A stretch of DNA of 57,863 bases from a virus (lineage: Duplodnaviria; Caudoviricetes): the IMG/VR virus record IMGVR_UViG_3300036770_002369, positions 1-57,863 of that record, one strand, 5' to 3'. The notes under the pieces are model-generated. The model saw only the letters and a program-made list of their open reading frames with translations, did no database searches and was not told the DNA's origin. A program made the translations under genes and the position numbers. Below are positions 35,301 to 43,752 of the stretch, piece after piece; the first letter of the stretch is position 1; each line of letters opens with the position of its first letter.

Positions 35301-35568
35301 CGGGCAGCTAGCCTACGACGATTCTTATGGGCTTGTTGACGATGAGCTTATTGCGGTAGACTACTCCTTTGAGCTTCTACCTGGAGCAAGCGCCACCTTC
35401 ACGCACGCCTTCCCCTACCCCCCGATTCCATCAGTCTGGAAAGATGTTGGGGGGATTTGGGTGGACGCCACCGGGACATACAACCTGTCCCACAACTTGA
35501 CGTTCACCTCCATCACCATCACCAACACGACGGCCTTCACCTTGACCTACTACGTCCACTTGTACTGA
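29389..35568 (+). CDS. Large fibre/adhesin-like virion protein: LamG/ConA-like N-terminus, putative Ig (He_PIG) domains, stalk repeats, 2059 aa
   Basis: W.TVV...LYLNG...F.G.LNDVAVW..LS (LamG). Three GxLPxG-type units ending in SGT(P)T (He_PIG). PDFLDSDA.VYSP repeats. Confidence 0.8.
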   Translation: MADWFLTATTPIGFSDSHWLRAAPGAYNQLNVNTFGIAIRFRMTSLSESGYLFVTPHAHISIDTSGNITASVRTSSASGFAAYSRTTSVSPVSLGVWNTVVLAKTVLGDPNPSRLYLNGVDIGSVWDSTVGIPATPPNYELSIKSRGWTTSGLMGPLPGSLPTNQSFCGDLNDVAVWRNTSLSAADALSLHGAASGTWASVVASPTDYWDWDNQNTTDSGSFGAVTSTWRGFFPQLQGTDVSLYGTDDFAVSPVNPEVFRYQTAYSQVFTAYNGGAGPYTWSISAGSLPPGITLGASSTSTVTVSGTTTAIGLTYNFTIQVQEGLSTGTQAYSMTVNPGLILVSAIPPGAVNPPFGTPPPPAVAPYSFALVATGGTGPTSWSQSGTLPTGITFDALTGTFSGTPTNWLTTSSITVTATREGGNWSSGTVTYGIPFDQFNPNSHDYFYISQYKTEFSPGDTYDTPATTYALPNGAVGVPYSEPVFVAVLLEDVVYRSGLLDNYGSLPPGLSVTGFISSWTISGTPTTPGTYTFAFYYVGLSGDPIESGYQIYSITVPASPLDVIEPDFLDSDALVYSPTVLADSAILPDFLDSDAVVYSPAILVTAILAPDFLDSDAVVYSPSLLVFVQPDFLDSDAVVYEPSIAGTFVQPTFLDSTGWVAPPNISTTAVIYRDRFLTQRGPLVKDWGDWTPATPQDVTVTVNGVEVAVASVNPYHGEIVLASPIAANDPAIDVRVDYQWFPTPIMGLRLNVRGLGLNKADHRRGLGKNSSTPSLTYGSNLLGQGYQSTPANGDQIQTPTNPKGAVRTSRFPMTVVIGGPLVRPKPLLIGHRYTGFQKGYSAVLNSPTSLRLNNSPNRVAKPGFTRNPQGEVSAYEGEVTPSNDWFEEGDDSGYVNLNQGTYTLIDAQSGAFLPTSPKTAFYWRRIDLSFPASVYVVGRFQIESSGYPFSSTDTNILSPDGVFTGVGFGIHNQLRMWFAGALVINGLKHVGLLVDSSRPDLVTSWNVGPSSTAVIQSRTSMSVITAQVPMDIRPGHRFQVLTGTQAGVYTATQVVRQTDGTTTFTTSPAFPADWKRYGNQYPQVIWETHWDKSLVTYRLEVAPEQNLASLKISGSTTGTVATLTTAVSMPDPASATFLFPTGDNDPPRSLSSDPTKGQVFWGSFSPRATSRSKWSFFRYGVVPAFHTLRSSSQTVAAEMDILPDEETYNPWFVTEDFGYAVASGNLLLKSTSQHPDLEFTYGYERTEPFLLPSAYLDAQISLSVESGVLGTGDAQVIVQDTQRKVVLSTLLFIEQGTGLNYRRLIDLPCVSLNGTFTPDFQDWLYTGSSTLTSETRGPVLHVEQGDGGLFYNDVDLSGLSYVPSEGRIFEARFAVLSYTASGNETSIRVRAEVDGRVIQIRLWAGVSPAVHLLDETGAIVQAYSFDWTDEEPHTYRVVADADGNTVSLSIDDTLQAPTLALTAFASGAGNTQIAFGLTSPAINSTDSVTEWYSVSYQVMPPSTARRTLGIYKGGDSEEDYNNINFWEIPRTDTSTAPNSAQTGPVVEEMDWRSPMEIRLFRSPTWGVTLYRPDLPLPPYYDPEVYGIPGTGFATQTTEPSAGWINVETANLPRASNLFGSISFGALDSRSLTQQRWDWVRYRLYRPATASHIAPQGMVLNRANVVSSGDIYRDIHLETVTVPVIDSKSVSIWTAHQKAEEVFKILDGTTAYVRDAWTFDKTTQVVTLKTASFVSDEVTVIFVPGRPSTTTYLRNQPVLDGMTRLNEGTPPVPKNQTIKHFREQSLMDNPTDVPGRSTVPAYSPNDPAGIPNSTAYAAADTNTLADFTVPASVLYEKMTFIEVPDDGEQGLIALATDYDDLLPQGFSGYESIGGDPIYDSIGASIGAVGRATGARVLAMGGTWTLEQNVLYRPPYDQGGGLPGSFFILGGGSYLGPVVNNAGQVTGAASLGSVLGTSNLLYPSHPTTPQTLWSGQLAYDDSYGLVDDELIAVDYSFELLPGASATFTHAFPYPPIPSVWKDVGGIWVDATGTYNLSHNLTFTSITITNTTAFTLTYYVHLY
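31081..31374 (+). repeat. Five coding repeats PDFLDSDA(L/V)VYSP, period 60-66 bp
   Basis: Units start near 31081, 31147, 31213, 31273 and 31336. Confidence 0.85.
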
Positions 35569-35608
35569 CAAGATTCTTTGAGCGGGTATCTTGGATCCCG
35601 CCCGTACC

Positions 35609-35625
35609 CGGTAGGCTTCCTATCC
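35609..35625 (+). promoter_or_regulatory. Class II motif CGGTAG-GCTTCC-TATCC
   Basis: Same spacing, intergenic, upstream of 35660. Confidence 0.55.
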
Positions 35626-35659
35626 CCCAGCCCGAAGTAGGGGTCCAGGTGAGGCAAGC

Positions 35660-36310
35660 ATGAATTTCAAGGATACCATCAAGATGGGCAAGCAAGGTGT
35701 GACCATGAACCTGGGCCTCACGCACGTCGAGACCTCCGGCCTAGCTCCGGTTTCGGGCCAGGTTTTCATCGAAGCTCGGGATGCCCAGTCGGGCGAGATC
35801 GTCGCACAGTACGATCTGAAGAACTTGATCGTCCGGGATGCCGGGATTGCCGTCGCTCGCCTGCTGCGGAACAGCAACTACCCGATCTCGGGAACCAACA
35901 ACGGACTCCGGATGCTCGCCGTCGGAACCGGCGCTACGGGAAACATCCTCTCGCCAGATGCCCCGACCATCGGCCAGCGCAGGCTCAACAGCGAACTCGC
36001 TCGAAAGGCGTTCGCCTCGACCCAATACCGGGACGCCAACGGTTTTGCCGTCTCCTACGAGACGAACATCGTGGACTACACCACGGTCTTCTCGGAGGCG
36101 GAAGCGGTCGGTCCTTGGAACGAGATGGCTCTTCTTCTCCCCGCGTCGAACAATCCGGCGGTCACCAACCCGATTCCGAACGGACCCGGAAACTATGACC
36201 CCACTTTTGACGTGACAGGGTACGACCTGATGCTGAACTACCTGACGTTCTCGGTGATCTCAAAGCCGAGCACGGCGGTCTTCTCGGTGACCTGGCGGAT
36301 CACGACCTGA
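35660..36310 (+). CDS. Tail-collar/fibre attachment-like protein, 216 aa
   Basis: KNLIV..., AVGTG...L.SELARK, F..AEAVG.WNEM.L, K......VTW.I pattern of phage tail-collar-fibre-like proteins. Confidence 0.65.
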   Translation: MNFKDTIKMGKQGVTMNLGLTHVETSGLAPVSGQVFIEARDAQSGEIVAQYDLKNLIVRDAGIAVARLLRNSNYPISGTNNGLRMLAVGTGATGNILSPDAPTIGQRRLNSELARKAFASTQYRDANGFAVSYETNIVDYTTVFSEAEAVGPWNEMALLLPASNNPAVTNPIPNGPGNYDPTFDVTGYDLMLNYLTFSVISKPSTAVFSVTWRITT

Positions 36311-36337
36311 TCGTACTATCCGTCGAGGGCTAATCCG

Positions 36338-39300
36338 ATGGCAGTCAGAGACCTCACCAAGTTTTTCGCGGGCCTCAACACGACTGGCCCCGTTTTGCCG
36401 ACGCCGAACACGGTGTCGCGTAACCTGCGAACAGGCGACCGGGCCTTTGAGTCCGTCGTGGGCGAGTCCGGTAAGCCTTACCTCGACTCAGAGGTCAATC
36501 TCGGGCAAGACGCCTCCTGGTGGGAAAACTTCTTGCTCCGTCGCTGGCAAGTCCCTTCGGGCTGGCTCCGGGGCCAAAGCCGTTCCGATGCCTACGCGGA
36601 CTACACGACCGTGACCGCCCCGCCCGGCCTCGTGGATAACACCCCCGGTGGCGGCGGATGGTCTATCGGCGGATCCATCGGCTCCATCGGCGGATCCATT
36701 GGGTCCATCGGCGGCGGTCCTGATTCGGCGGGCATCAACCCGGACGGGACGCTCATCAACGCCTTCGTCCTCCCCCGCCTCGAAGCCGTCGTCGCCGGGC
36801 ATCCGGTCATCGTCGAGTACACGAACACCGAGACGACCGGCTACAACCTGATCACGCTCGACCCCCCTCGGGTGTACGACGGCACGTCGAACACCGTGAA
36901 GCGGACAGACTTCGTTTTCTTGGAGGTGTGGCGAGCCCTCGTGGCCCCCAGCGTCCGGTCCTCGGCCTACGTCCAGATCGTTGACGCCTCTTCTCTGGTC
37001 GCGGGCGACCTTATCACCATCAACGGGGTCAATCTCACCGCGAGCCTCGCGAGCCCGGCCCCCGCAAACAGCTACACGATCATCCCAGGGAACAACACCC
37101 TCACCGCAGCGAACATCGCGGAAGCGATCAATCTTTCGACCAATAGCTTCGATGCGATGGTCATCGCTCGGGCCTACAACGACACCGTGATCCTGACGGC
37201 GGTTCTTCCGGGTGTCGGATCAGCGGGCGTTCCGAATACGGGCAACTTCATCACCCTCTCGGTTACCAACGCCGTCGTAGGGTCTACGGTCCCTTCCGGC
37301 CCGCTCTTCACCGGAGGGGCCGACCGACCCTGCAAGCCCTATTCGGCCCAGGATCAGCTTTACCGGCACGGCAACGTCCTCTCTCCTAGCCCCACCTGGT
37401 TGCCGGACGAACTCGTGGACCCTGCCCTGGTCAACACGGAGTCTACCCAAAGAATCCAGATCCAGTACCGGATTCGAGTCACCGGGACGAACGAGAACGT
37501 CAACCCAAAGATCCACCCGGACGGCTTCTCCAACCTCGTCGGAGCGCCCCCCGCCCCGGCGATATTCGCCCAAGGCTCCGGGCCGACCCCGGTATTCGGG
37601 GTCCGCAGCTACCCCTTCGTCCCGGCGGACAACTCGACCACTTGGCTTGATTCTTCGGCTCCCGCCTACGGGATCGAAGATGACGGCCTTTTCATCGCGG
37701 GCGACGGAACCGAACAAGCGGCGGAAGACCTGGGGACCGTAGACGGCTTCGTTTACGCCATCCCGATCTGCTTCGTCCACCGGCACAACGACGCCTCGGA
37801 CGCAACAGCGGCGATCCAAGGCTTCGATCCGCTCAACAACATGAACGGAGCCCCCACCTATACGCACGGGGGTTATCTCGGCGTCCTGGGGCTCATTCCT
37901 GCGGGCGTCTCAGATCGCCCCGACGGGGAGTTTTGCGACGTCATCACGCAGAACAGCCTGCTAGACCTTCGGCGCCACGTCACCTTCCCTGGGGTCGAGG
38001 TTTCTTCGGAACTGACCTACCAGATCCAGTCGCTCCTCGACGGAAGCCTTCGGACGTGGTCCGTGGACTCGGCCTCCAAGTACCCGACGATGGGAAATGG
38101 GTCCGGGGATGTCTCGACCCGTTTCCTGATCTGTAACGAGATCGGTCGAGCAGATCCGGAGGGTGCCCCGAACATCTCAGGGACTACGACCCGGGGCGAG
38201 TTCATCCGGAACTTTGACCACATCGCTCGTCGCTTCGGGGATCAGTCGGTCATCGAGCGCGTCGTCATCGCCTATCTGCCGACGGACGAACAAGGGTCGA
38301 TTGGCGACCCCTTGTCGGGAAAGTGGGTCGAAAAGAACCCCGCCGACCCTTTCCGCTGGTATCAGGGTGACATCCTCCACCTCGACCTCGACGAGATGGA
38401 CGCTACGACCCTGGGGGCTCTCTTTCAAGGCGGCTACAACATCCTCACGGGTAGCTCGGGAACGGGCCTCGCGGATCCTTCGGTCGGACACTTCGCCCCT
38501 CCGAATTCGGTCGTCACCGACGTCCTGAGCATCTACCACGACGACGGGCACTACACGACCGCAGTCGATCAAAGGGTCGAAGCTACGCTGATCGAAGGTC
38601 TCGGGACTCGACACCTCACCGTGACCCTCGACGCTAACCGGCGAGTCGTCAACGGCGGAGATTCCGGAAACTCGAACTACTACATGACCGGCTACACCGA
38701 CAGCGGTGGGACGCCGAACACCGACGGTTCGCCTCGACGCATCTTTCTTGAGGTCGAGATCACCTATCCGATGGGCGTCGGGACCACCGATACGCCCAAC
38801 TTCCCGGTCACTCCCGACTCGGTCCTCTATGATGGAACGACCGGCCTCGGAGAAGGTCCGGTCATCGAATCGACCGCCGGGACGCTGGGTCCGAGCCAAA
38901 GGCCGGGAGACTTTGAGAAGCTCCTCGCTCCTCGCTTCCGGTCGGGCTACCGCGAAGTCCAGCTAGAGTACGTCGCAAACGACACCCGGGCCGTGGCCGG
39001 ACCTTTTGAGGCAGGTCAGCCGGTCGGTGCGGTCACTCCGGAATACCTCGTCAGCCGGAACCAACTGAACCTGTACTTCCCTCGGCGGGTATACAGCGAG
39101 GCGGGTTCGATTGGGTCCGTCGGCTGGACGGGCCTTACGCGCGTCGTGGACATGGTGGATTCTTTCGACCGCCCCGTGGACGAGCCCAACACCGAATTCG
39201 GTTCGAGCAGCCGTCACGTCGTCCTCACCACGCCCCTCTCGGGAACCGGGCAGACGTTGACCCGCATCGAGTACTTCGCTCAGGACGCGATCCCCAACTA

Positions 39301-40012
39301 CGGTGTCCTCGGCGGAGGCTACCAAGTCGCCGTCTATTACCGGGCTTCGGCCCCCCAGACGGCAGGCGTCAAAGAAGGGACGATCACCACGACCACGGGC
39401 GGAACGCTCCCGACCGTTTTGCAGGTCGAGCCCCTCGCGATAGGAAATCCGTGGACGGGTCAGGTCGGGATGGGCTCGGTGGACCTCGCCTATCCGTATG
39501 AGGCTCCCCTGGAGCAGATTCCGGTTCTGGACGCGACGGTCACGACTCAGGAGTGGTTCTTCTGCGCCTCCGCCAACGTCTCGGTAGGGGACTTTGACGC
39601 GGCGACGGGCCTGCTTCACCTCCACCCCTTCGTTCAGGGCGACATCCAGAACGTACTCACTCTCGGAGGCCCCGCCGTGGGTCAGCCTCCCACGAAGGAT
39701 GCGGAGTTCCGGGCGCTCTACCCTTACGCGGACGCGAACGCCTATCGGCCCACGACGATGTCTCAGCCGCTCTCGGGAGCGGTGAGGCACAAGGTCTTTT
39801 TCCCGATGCTGGTCCGGGCCACGGAAGATTCTCCGGGGGTTTCGGGTGGGCTTTTGTTCCGGCGGAACGAGCTTCTGCTGGTAGTCGTGACCCGGTTTGC
39901 TGAACTGGACGAAGACAACACCGTCCGCTTCACCGACGTGGATAACCGAACCTGTGCTGCCGTTTATCGCACGAGAAACCTGCTTTTGATCGCAGGCCCC
40001 AAGGGGAGTTGA
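36338..40012 (+). CDS. Baseplate/fibre-base virion protein, 1224 aa, paralog of 49812-55994
   Basis: Shares blocks F..VV....P.LDSE.NL, R.D.VFLE.W, RIQ.QYR.RV, GTVDG..YAIP.C.V.R.N and RPDG...D.......DLRR with 49812. Confidence 0.8.
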   Translation: MAVRDLTKFFAGLNTTGPVLPTPNTVSRNLRTGDRAFESVVGESGKPYLDSEVNLGQDASWWENFLLRRWQVPSGWLRGQSRSDAYADYTTVTAPPGLVDNTPGGGGWSIGGSIGSIGGSIGSIGGGPDSAGINPDGTLINAFVLPRLEAVVAGHPVIVEYTNTETTGYNLITLDPPRVYDGTSNTVKRTDFVFLEVWRALVAPSVRSSAYVQIVDASSLVAGDLITINGVNLTASLASPAPANSYTIIPGNNTLTAANIAEAINLSTNSFDAMVIARAYNDTVILTAVLPGVGSAGVPNTGNFITLSVTNAVVGSTVPSGPLFTGGADRPCKPYSAQDQLYRHGNVLSPSPTWLPDELVDPALVNTESTQRIQIQYRIRVTGTNENVNPKIHPDGFSNLVGAPPAPAIFAQGSGPTPVFGVRSYPFVPADNSTTWLDSSAPAYGIEDDGLFIAGDGTEQAAEDLGTVDGFVYAIPICFVHRHNDASDATAAIQGFDPLNNMNGAPTYTHGGYLGVLGLIPAGVSDRPDGEFCDVITQNSLLDLRRHVTFPGVEVSSELTYQIQSLLDGSLRTWSVDSASKYPTMGNGSGDVSTRFLICNEIGRADPEGAPNISGTTTRGEFIRNFDHIARRFGDQSVIERVVIAYLPTDEQGSIGDPLSGKWVEKNPADPFRWYQGDILHLDLDEMDATTLGALFQGGYNILTGSSGTGLADPSVGHFAPPNSVVTDVLSIYHDDGHYTTAVDQRVEATLIEGLGTRHLTVTLDANRRVVNGGDSGNSNYYMTGYTDSGGTPNTDGSPRRIFLEVEITYPMGVGTTDTPNFPVTPDSVLYDGTTGLGEGPVIESTAGTLGPSQRPGDFEKLLAPRFRSGYREVQLEYVANDTRAVAGPFEAGQPVGAVTPEYLVSRNQLNLYFPRRVYSEAGSIGSVGWTGLTRVVDMVDSFDRPVDEPNTEFGSSSRHVVLTTPLSGTGQTLTRIEYFAQDAIPNYGVLGGGYQVAVYYRASAPQTAGVKEGTITTTTGGTLPTVLQVEPLAIGNPWTGQVGMGSVDLAYPYEAPLEQIPVLDATVTTQEWFFCASANVSVGDFDAATGLLHLHPFVQGDIQNVLTLGGPAVGQPPTKDAEFRALYPYADANAYRPTTMSQPLSGAVRHKVFFPMLVRATEDSPGVSGGLLFRRNELLLVVVTRFAELDEDNTVRFTDVDNRTCAAVYRTRNLLLIAGPKGS
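36662..36718 (+). repeat. Coding microrepeat SIGGSIG-SIGGSIG-SIGGG (21-bp period)
   Basis: Read directly from the sequence. Confidence 0.8.
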
Positions 40013-40015
40013 GAC

Positions 40016-43000
40016 GTGGCTCGAAAGGTCAACCCAGGTTCCATTCGCGTCGGTCCCGGCTCCTCTTCGCCCTCGGGGACGTCCGACCCGCTTGTTCTCA
40101 TCGGGTCCGGAATGGCGTCGAGCATCAGCGTCGGCCAGCTTGGGAACATCCCCGTGGGCGGGAGCATCGGCGCCGCCGAAGCCGGTCTTCCTCCCGACTC
40201 GCCTAGCCAGTCTTTCGCGGATCACGTCCAAGACCCGGCTAACGCGCACATGGCGACGGCTATCGGTTTCGTGGCCCCGCCCCCCGGACTACCGGCGGAC
40301 AACGTCCAGCAGGCGATTGACGCGCTTACCGGAGCCGTCATCGCGGAGCCCCCCAAAGTCGGGGAATGGAAGCCTTCGACTTCTTTCTCAGGTATCCCCG
40401 ACTGGGGGATCCTGAAGCTGACCGACGGCGATCTACAGGCTCGGGGTCTTTTGACTTCCGACAACGATTCTGACGAAATCTACCCCTATTACTACGTCGC
40501 GCCCTCTCCGGCCAAAGACCCGGAGTTCACGATTCCGGGTAACGACCCTGAGACGGACCCTCTCTGGAACAGCGGATTCTCTTCCGTTTTCCCTTTCAAC
40601 CAGATCACCTTGCCGGGCGCAGGAACGGGTTTCACGTTCTCGGGAGCCTTCACTCGGGACGGGTCCGCCGTCGATCAGCCCGTCATGCGGACGGCCCGGC
40701 TCATGCCCCGACTCGAAGTCGCGGGGACGACCTATCGAATCCCAGCGGTCGTCTCAGGCTCTTTCTATCCGGCAGATCGCGGAGTCTTGGCGCTCATCCA
40801 TTGGCCCTCGGGCGGGACGATGGCTTCTTTTCTCGCCCAGCCGCTTCTTGACCGCTGCATCGCGGCGACCCTCTGCGGCCAAGGGGTCATGGGAAGCTCG
40901 TGCTTCAAGTACGGCGAAGAACCGGCTCCCGGCGACGGAGATCCTGGTGGGATCTTTGCGGTCGGACGCAAGGCGGACGGCTCCTACGACCCCTTCGCTT
41001 TTCCGGGTCGGGCTTCCGGCCAGTACGATCTGCGCGAGATCGTGAACGGCGTCGCGACCTCGGACGGGTCGCCCCTCGTGGCCCCTTGGGACGATTGGGA
41101 TCAAGACGGAGTAGCGGGTGCTCGTCGATTCGTGGATACCTTCGTCCCCGGCCCCGGTCAGGTTCGCCTCGGAACCGTTCCCGAAGCCGACAACGATCTC
41201 AACAGCGCCCCGGTCCAGCCTTATGGGATCCCGGTCCTCGGAGGTAACGCGGACCTCTATAGCCCGATCCCGGCGACCCTCTATACGGGATACCTGGGAA
41301 TCAACTACCGCATACTGGAAGGGGTGGGCGGAGTCGCTAACACGGTCATCTGGAATACCGGGGAGGACCGAAACTTCTTCGGATACCGGCTTCCAGTTTT
41401 GAAAGACTACTCTCCGACGACCGGCCTACGATTCACCCCCCGGGGCGTGAACGCCCTTTCGACCAAGGAGTCCGTCCGCTTCTTCAACCCCAAGACGCCG
41501 AACTCTGGTGTGGGGCTCGTGAGCGGGAATCTCGCTTCGGCGGGAAACTATCCCAACTTTGACGAAGACTTCTGGACGTGGCAGGTCGGGCGCTACCGGC
41601 ACACTTTCCTTCTGCCGGATACTGAGGTTCCGGGGGCTCGCGAAGAGGTCGGAACCTATCACATACTCCACTTCAAGCGGGAGTCCGACTTCGAGGCTTT
41701 CGTCCGCGACGGCATCGCCCCGAACGACCCCGTCAACGGATACTCTTTGTACGGCTCGTACCTGATCGATTCCGTCCCCAGCAATCCGGAGACGGACGGG
41801 AACGTCGCAAACCAAGAGGTCAGCGCCAACGCCTTCGCCCCTGCGGGACCGGCGCCCGCTTACGGCTACGCCGCAGAGCCCTATCATACGCTTCGGTCCA
41901 CGATGATCCTAGACCCGGATTGGATGCTACAGCCCGGAGACATGGACGGCGGAATCGTGGACGCCAACTGGACCTGGACGACGGACTCGACCGCTCTCGA
42001 CCCTCACGTCATGTGGGTCTCGGGTGTCCGCTATCTGCTCCCCCGGCGAGTAGATACAGGGGCTCAGTCCTTGTCCGTAGACATCAGCGTTCTCGGCGCG
42101 GCGGGGATCTTCTGGGGGACGTATCGGACGAACGACAACCCGCTCACGGGTAACCCGGGCGTAGCTCCGGCGGTCATCTCCAGCCCGAACCCGATGCTCT
42201 TCGGAGTGGCCCCCTTCAGCTTCGAGAGCGTCGCCAGCGTCCCGACCTATGACGTGAATACGGTCACGGATTCGCGAGGAACTCGGAATCAAAGGTTTGA
42301 GCTTCCCTACACATACATGGGGTCGAACGGCTCCGGACCCTTCTCGGAGGTGAACGGCCCAGGGGACGCAGACCTCATCAGCGTAACGGGAACTGGATTT
42401 GAGTTCTTTGGCGATCTCGATAATCCCTCCTTCTCGTCTCACGCTCGGATGCGAGCCTTTACCCGGCGACCTCTCGCCTATCGTGCGGCGAACGGCGTAG
42501 CCTTGCCTTTCGACTCGGCGGACGGTCACGGCGAGCCCCTGATTCGTTTTGCGGCTCCCTCTGAGCGAGTGCTTTTCCACTCAGTCCGGTTCTCTTCGGC
42601 TGGGACCAAGGGGTCTTTCGGGAACTTCCTTACGGGGCCTGGACCCGGACCCGTTCTCGGGTACTCGGATCTCTTTGGTTTTCTGAAGGACGGCTGGGAG
42701 AAGTTCCTCGACGAGTCTTACCGTTACCGGGGAGACTTCGGCGTAGCCTCCCCCTCAGTTCCGGCGGCGCAGACGGCTAACCTGAACGGCCCTGGTATGG
42801 CCGGATGGGCGGGAGGGTTCATCCCCGTTCCTGTTCGTGCGGGGCTCACTTCTGAGCCCGGATGGGAAATCGCTTCTTGGCTCCAGATGTTCGTCCACGA
42901 AGACGATCTCGGAACCGTGATCCCAGACTCGCTCCAAGTCGCAGGACTCCCTGAAAGAAATCCCCCGGCCTCGGACGGGTCCAAGTACCCCTTTCCTTCG

Positions 43001-43702
43001 GCGGGCCTTCTTCTCTATCCGCAGATCGATTACACGACCGACTATCGTCCCTCGGATACGGACGGCGACATCCCCTCGGCGCAGCCTGACTACTCGGGCC
43101 TCCCTGGGACCGGAGGAAACCGGACGTACCTTCGAGCTTTCGATGCCGCGTGGTCCCATTCGGGAAATCCGGCGGACGTCGCAGGTCAGCCTTTCTTCAC
43201 GATCCGGATCGACGGCTTGACCTTGGCGGACTTTGCGTACTCGCCAGGCGGACCTGGGGCTCTCGGCGTGACGGGCATCGCCATCATGGTCAAGGTTCCG
43301 GGGCTGACGACGTGGATGGACCTCGGTCGGCGCGACGGGACCGGACCCTCAAAGCAGGACGCAATCCTAGACGGTGCCGGATGCCTTGTCCTTGGCCCTG
43401 AGACCTTTGATGACATCGATCCCGAAACGGGAGTCGTATACAGTCAGGTCAGGGTCAACGTCGGACCTTTCGTGAACCTGACCCCGGTTCTCGACCCCTT
43501 GCTCCCTTCCCAGCTAGGGGAGGTTCCGATTCTCGTGAAGGTCATCCTATCGGAAGTCGCGGCGGACTACACCTTTGATCGCGAGGCTACTGGTCCGGGG
43601 ACGTTCGCGGGCTTCGCTGGACCGGGAGTGTCCTCAAACGACGTCCGAGGGATCGTCGGAATCCGGATCGTCCGGACGGACGGTCAGATCACCGGGCCGT
43701 GA
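40016..43702 (+). CDS. Fibre-type virion protein, 1228 aa
   Basis: N-terminal H.QDP..AH.A.AI ... NVQQAIDAL trimer/metal-binding-type fibre motif. GTG start with RBS GGGGAG. Confidence 0.75.
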   Translation: MARKVNPGSIRVGPGSSSPSGTSDPLVLIGSGMASSISVGQLGNIPVGGSIGAAEAGLPPDSPSQSFADHVQDPANAHMATAIGFVAPPPGLPADNVQQAIDALTGAVIAEPPKVGEWKPSTSFSGIPDWGILKLTDGDLQARGLLTSDNDSDEIYPYYYVAPSPAKDPEFTIPGNDPETDPLWNSGFSSVFPFNQITLPGAGTGFTFSGAFTRDGSAVDQPVMRTARLMPRLEVAGTTYRIPAVVSGSFYPADRGVLALIHWPSGGTMASFLAQPLLDRCIAATLCGQGVMGSSCFKYGEEPAPGDGDPGGIFAVGRKADGSYDPFAFPGRASGQYDLREIVNGVATSDGSPLVAPWDDWDQDGVAGARRFVDTFVPGPGQVRLGTVPEADNDLNSAPVQPYGIPVLGGNADLYSPIPATLYTGYLGINYRILEGVGGVANTVIWNTGEDRNFFGYRLPVLKDYSPTTGLRFTPRGVNALSTKESVRFFNPKTPNSGVGLVSGNLASAGNYPNFDEDFWTWQVGRYRHTFLLPDTEVPGAREEVGTYHILHFKRESDFEAFVRDGIAPNDPVNGYSLYGSYLIDSVPSNPETDGNVANQEVSANAFAPAGPAPAYGYAAEPYHTLRSTMILDPDWMLQPGDMDGGIVDANWTWTTDSTALDPHVMWVSGVRYLLPRRVDTGAQSLSVDISVLGAAGIFWGTYRTNDNPLTGNPGVAPAVISSPNPMLFGVAPFSFESVASVPTYDVNTVTDSRGTRNQRFELPYTYMGSNGSGPFSEVNGPGDADLISVTGTGFEFFGDLDNPSFSSHARMRAFTRRPLAYRAANGVALPFDSADGHGEPLIRFAAPSERVLFHSVRFSSAGTKGSFGNFLTGPGPGPVLGYSDLFGFLKDGWEKFLDESYRYRGDFGVASPSVPAAQTANLNGPGMAGWAGGFIPVPVRAGLTSEPGWEIASWLQMFVHEDDLGTVIPDSLQVAGLPERNPPASDGSKYPFPSAGLLLYPQIDYTTDYRPSDTDGDIPSAQPDYSGLPGTGGNRTYLRAFDAAWSHSGNPADVAGQPFFTIRIDGLTLADFAYSPGGPGALGVTGIAIMVKVPGLTTWMDLGRRDGTGPSKQDAILDGAGCLVLGPETFDDIDPETGVVYSQVRVNVGPFVNLTPVLDPLLPSQLGEVPILVKVILSEVAADYTFDREATGPGTFAGFAGPGVSSNDVRGIVGIRIVRTDGQITGP

Positions 43703-43752
43703 TGCCCTCCAATGCGACGACCCAATACTGAAGAAACTGGGAGAAACGGACG

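Noticed and set aside
22851-36310. Extracellular contractile injection system or T6SS locus
   Set aside because: No sheath, tube, AAA ATPase or bacterial housekeeping context in the window. The small early-type genes, repeated promoters and sigma factor indicate a phage genome.
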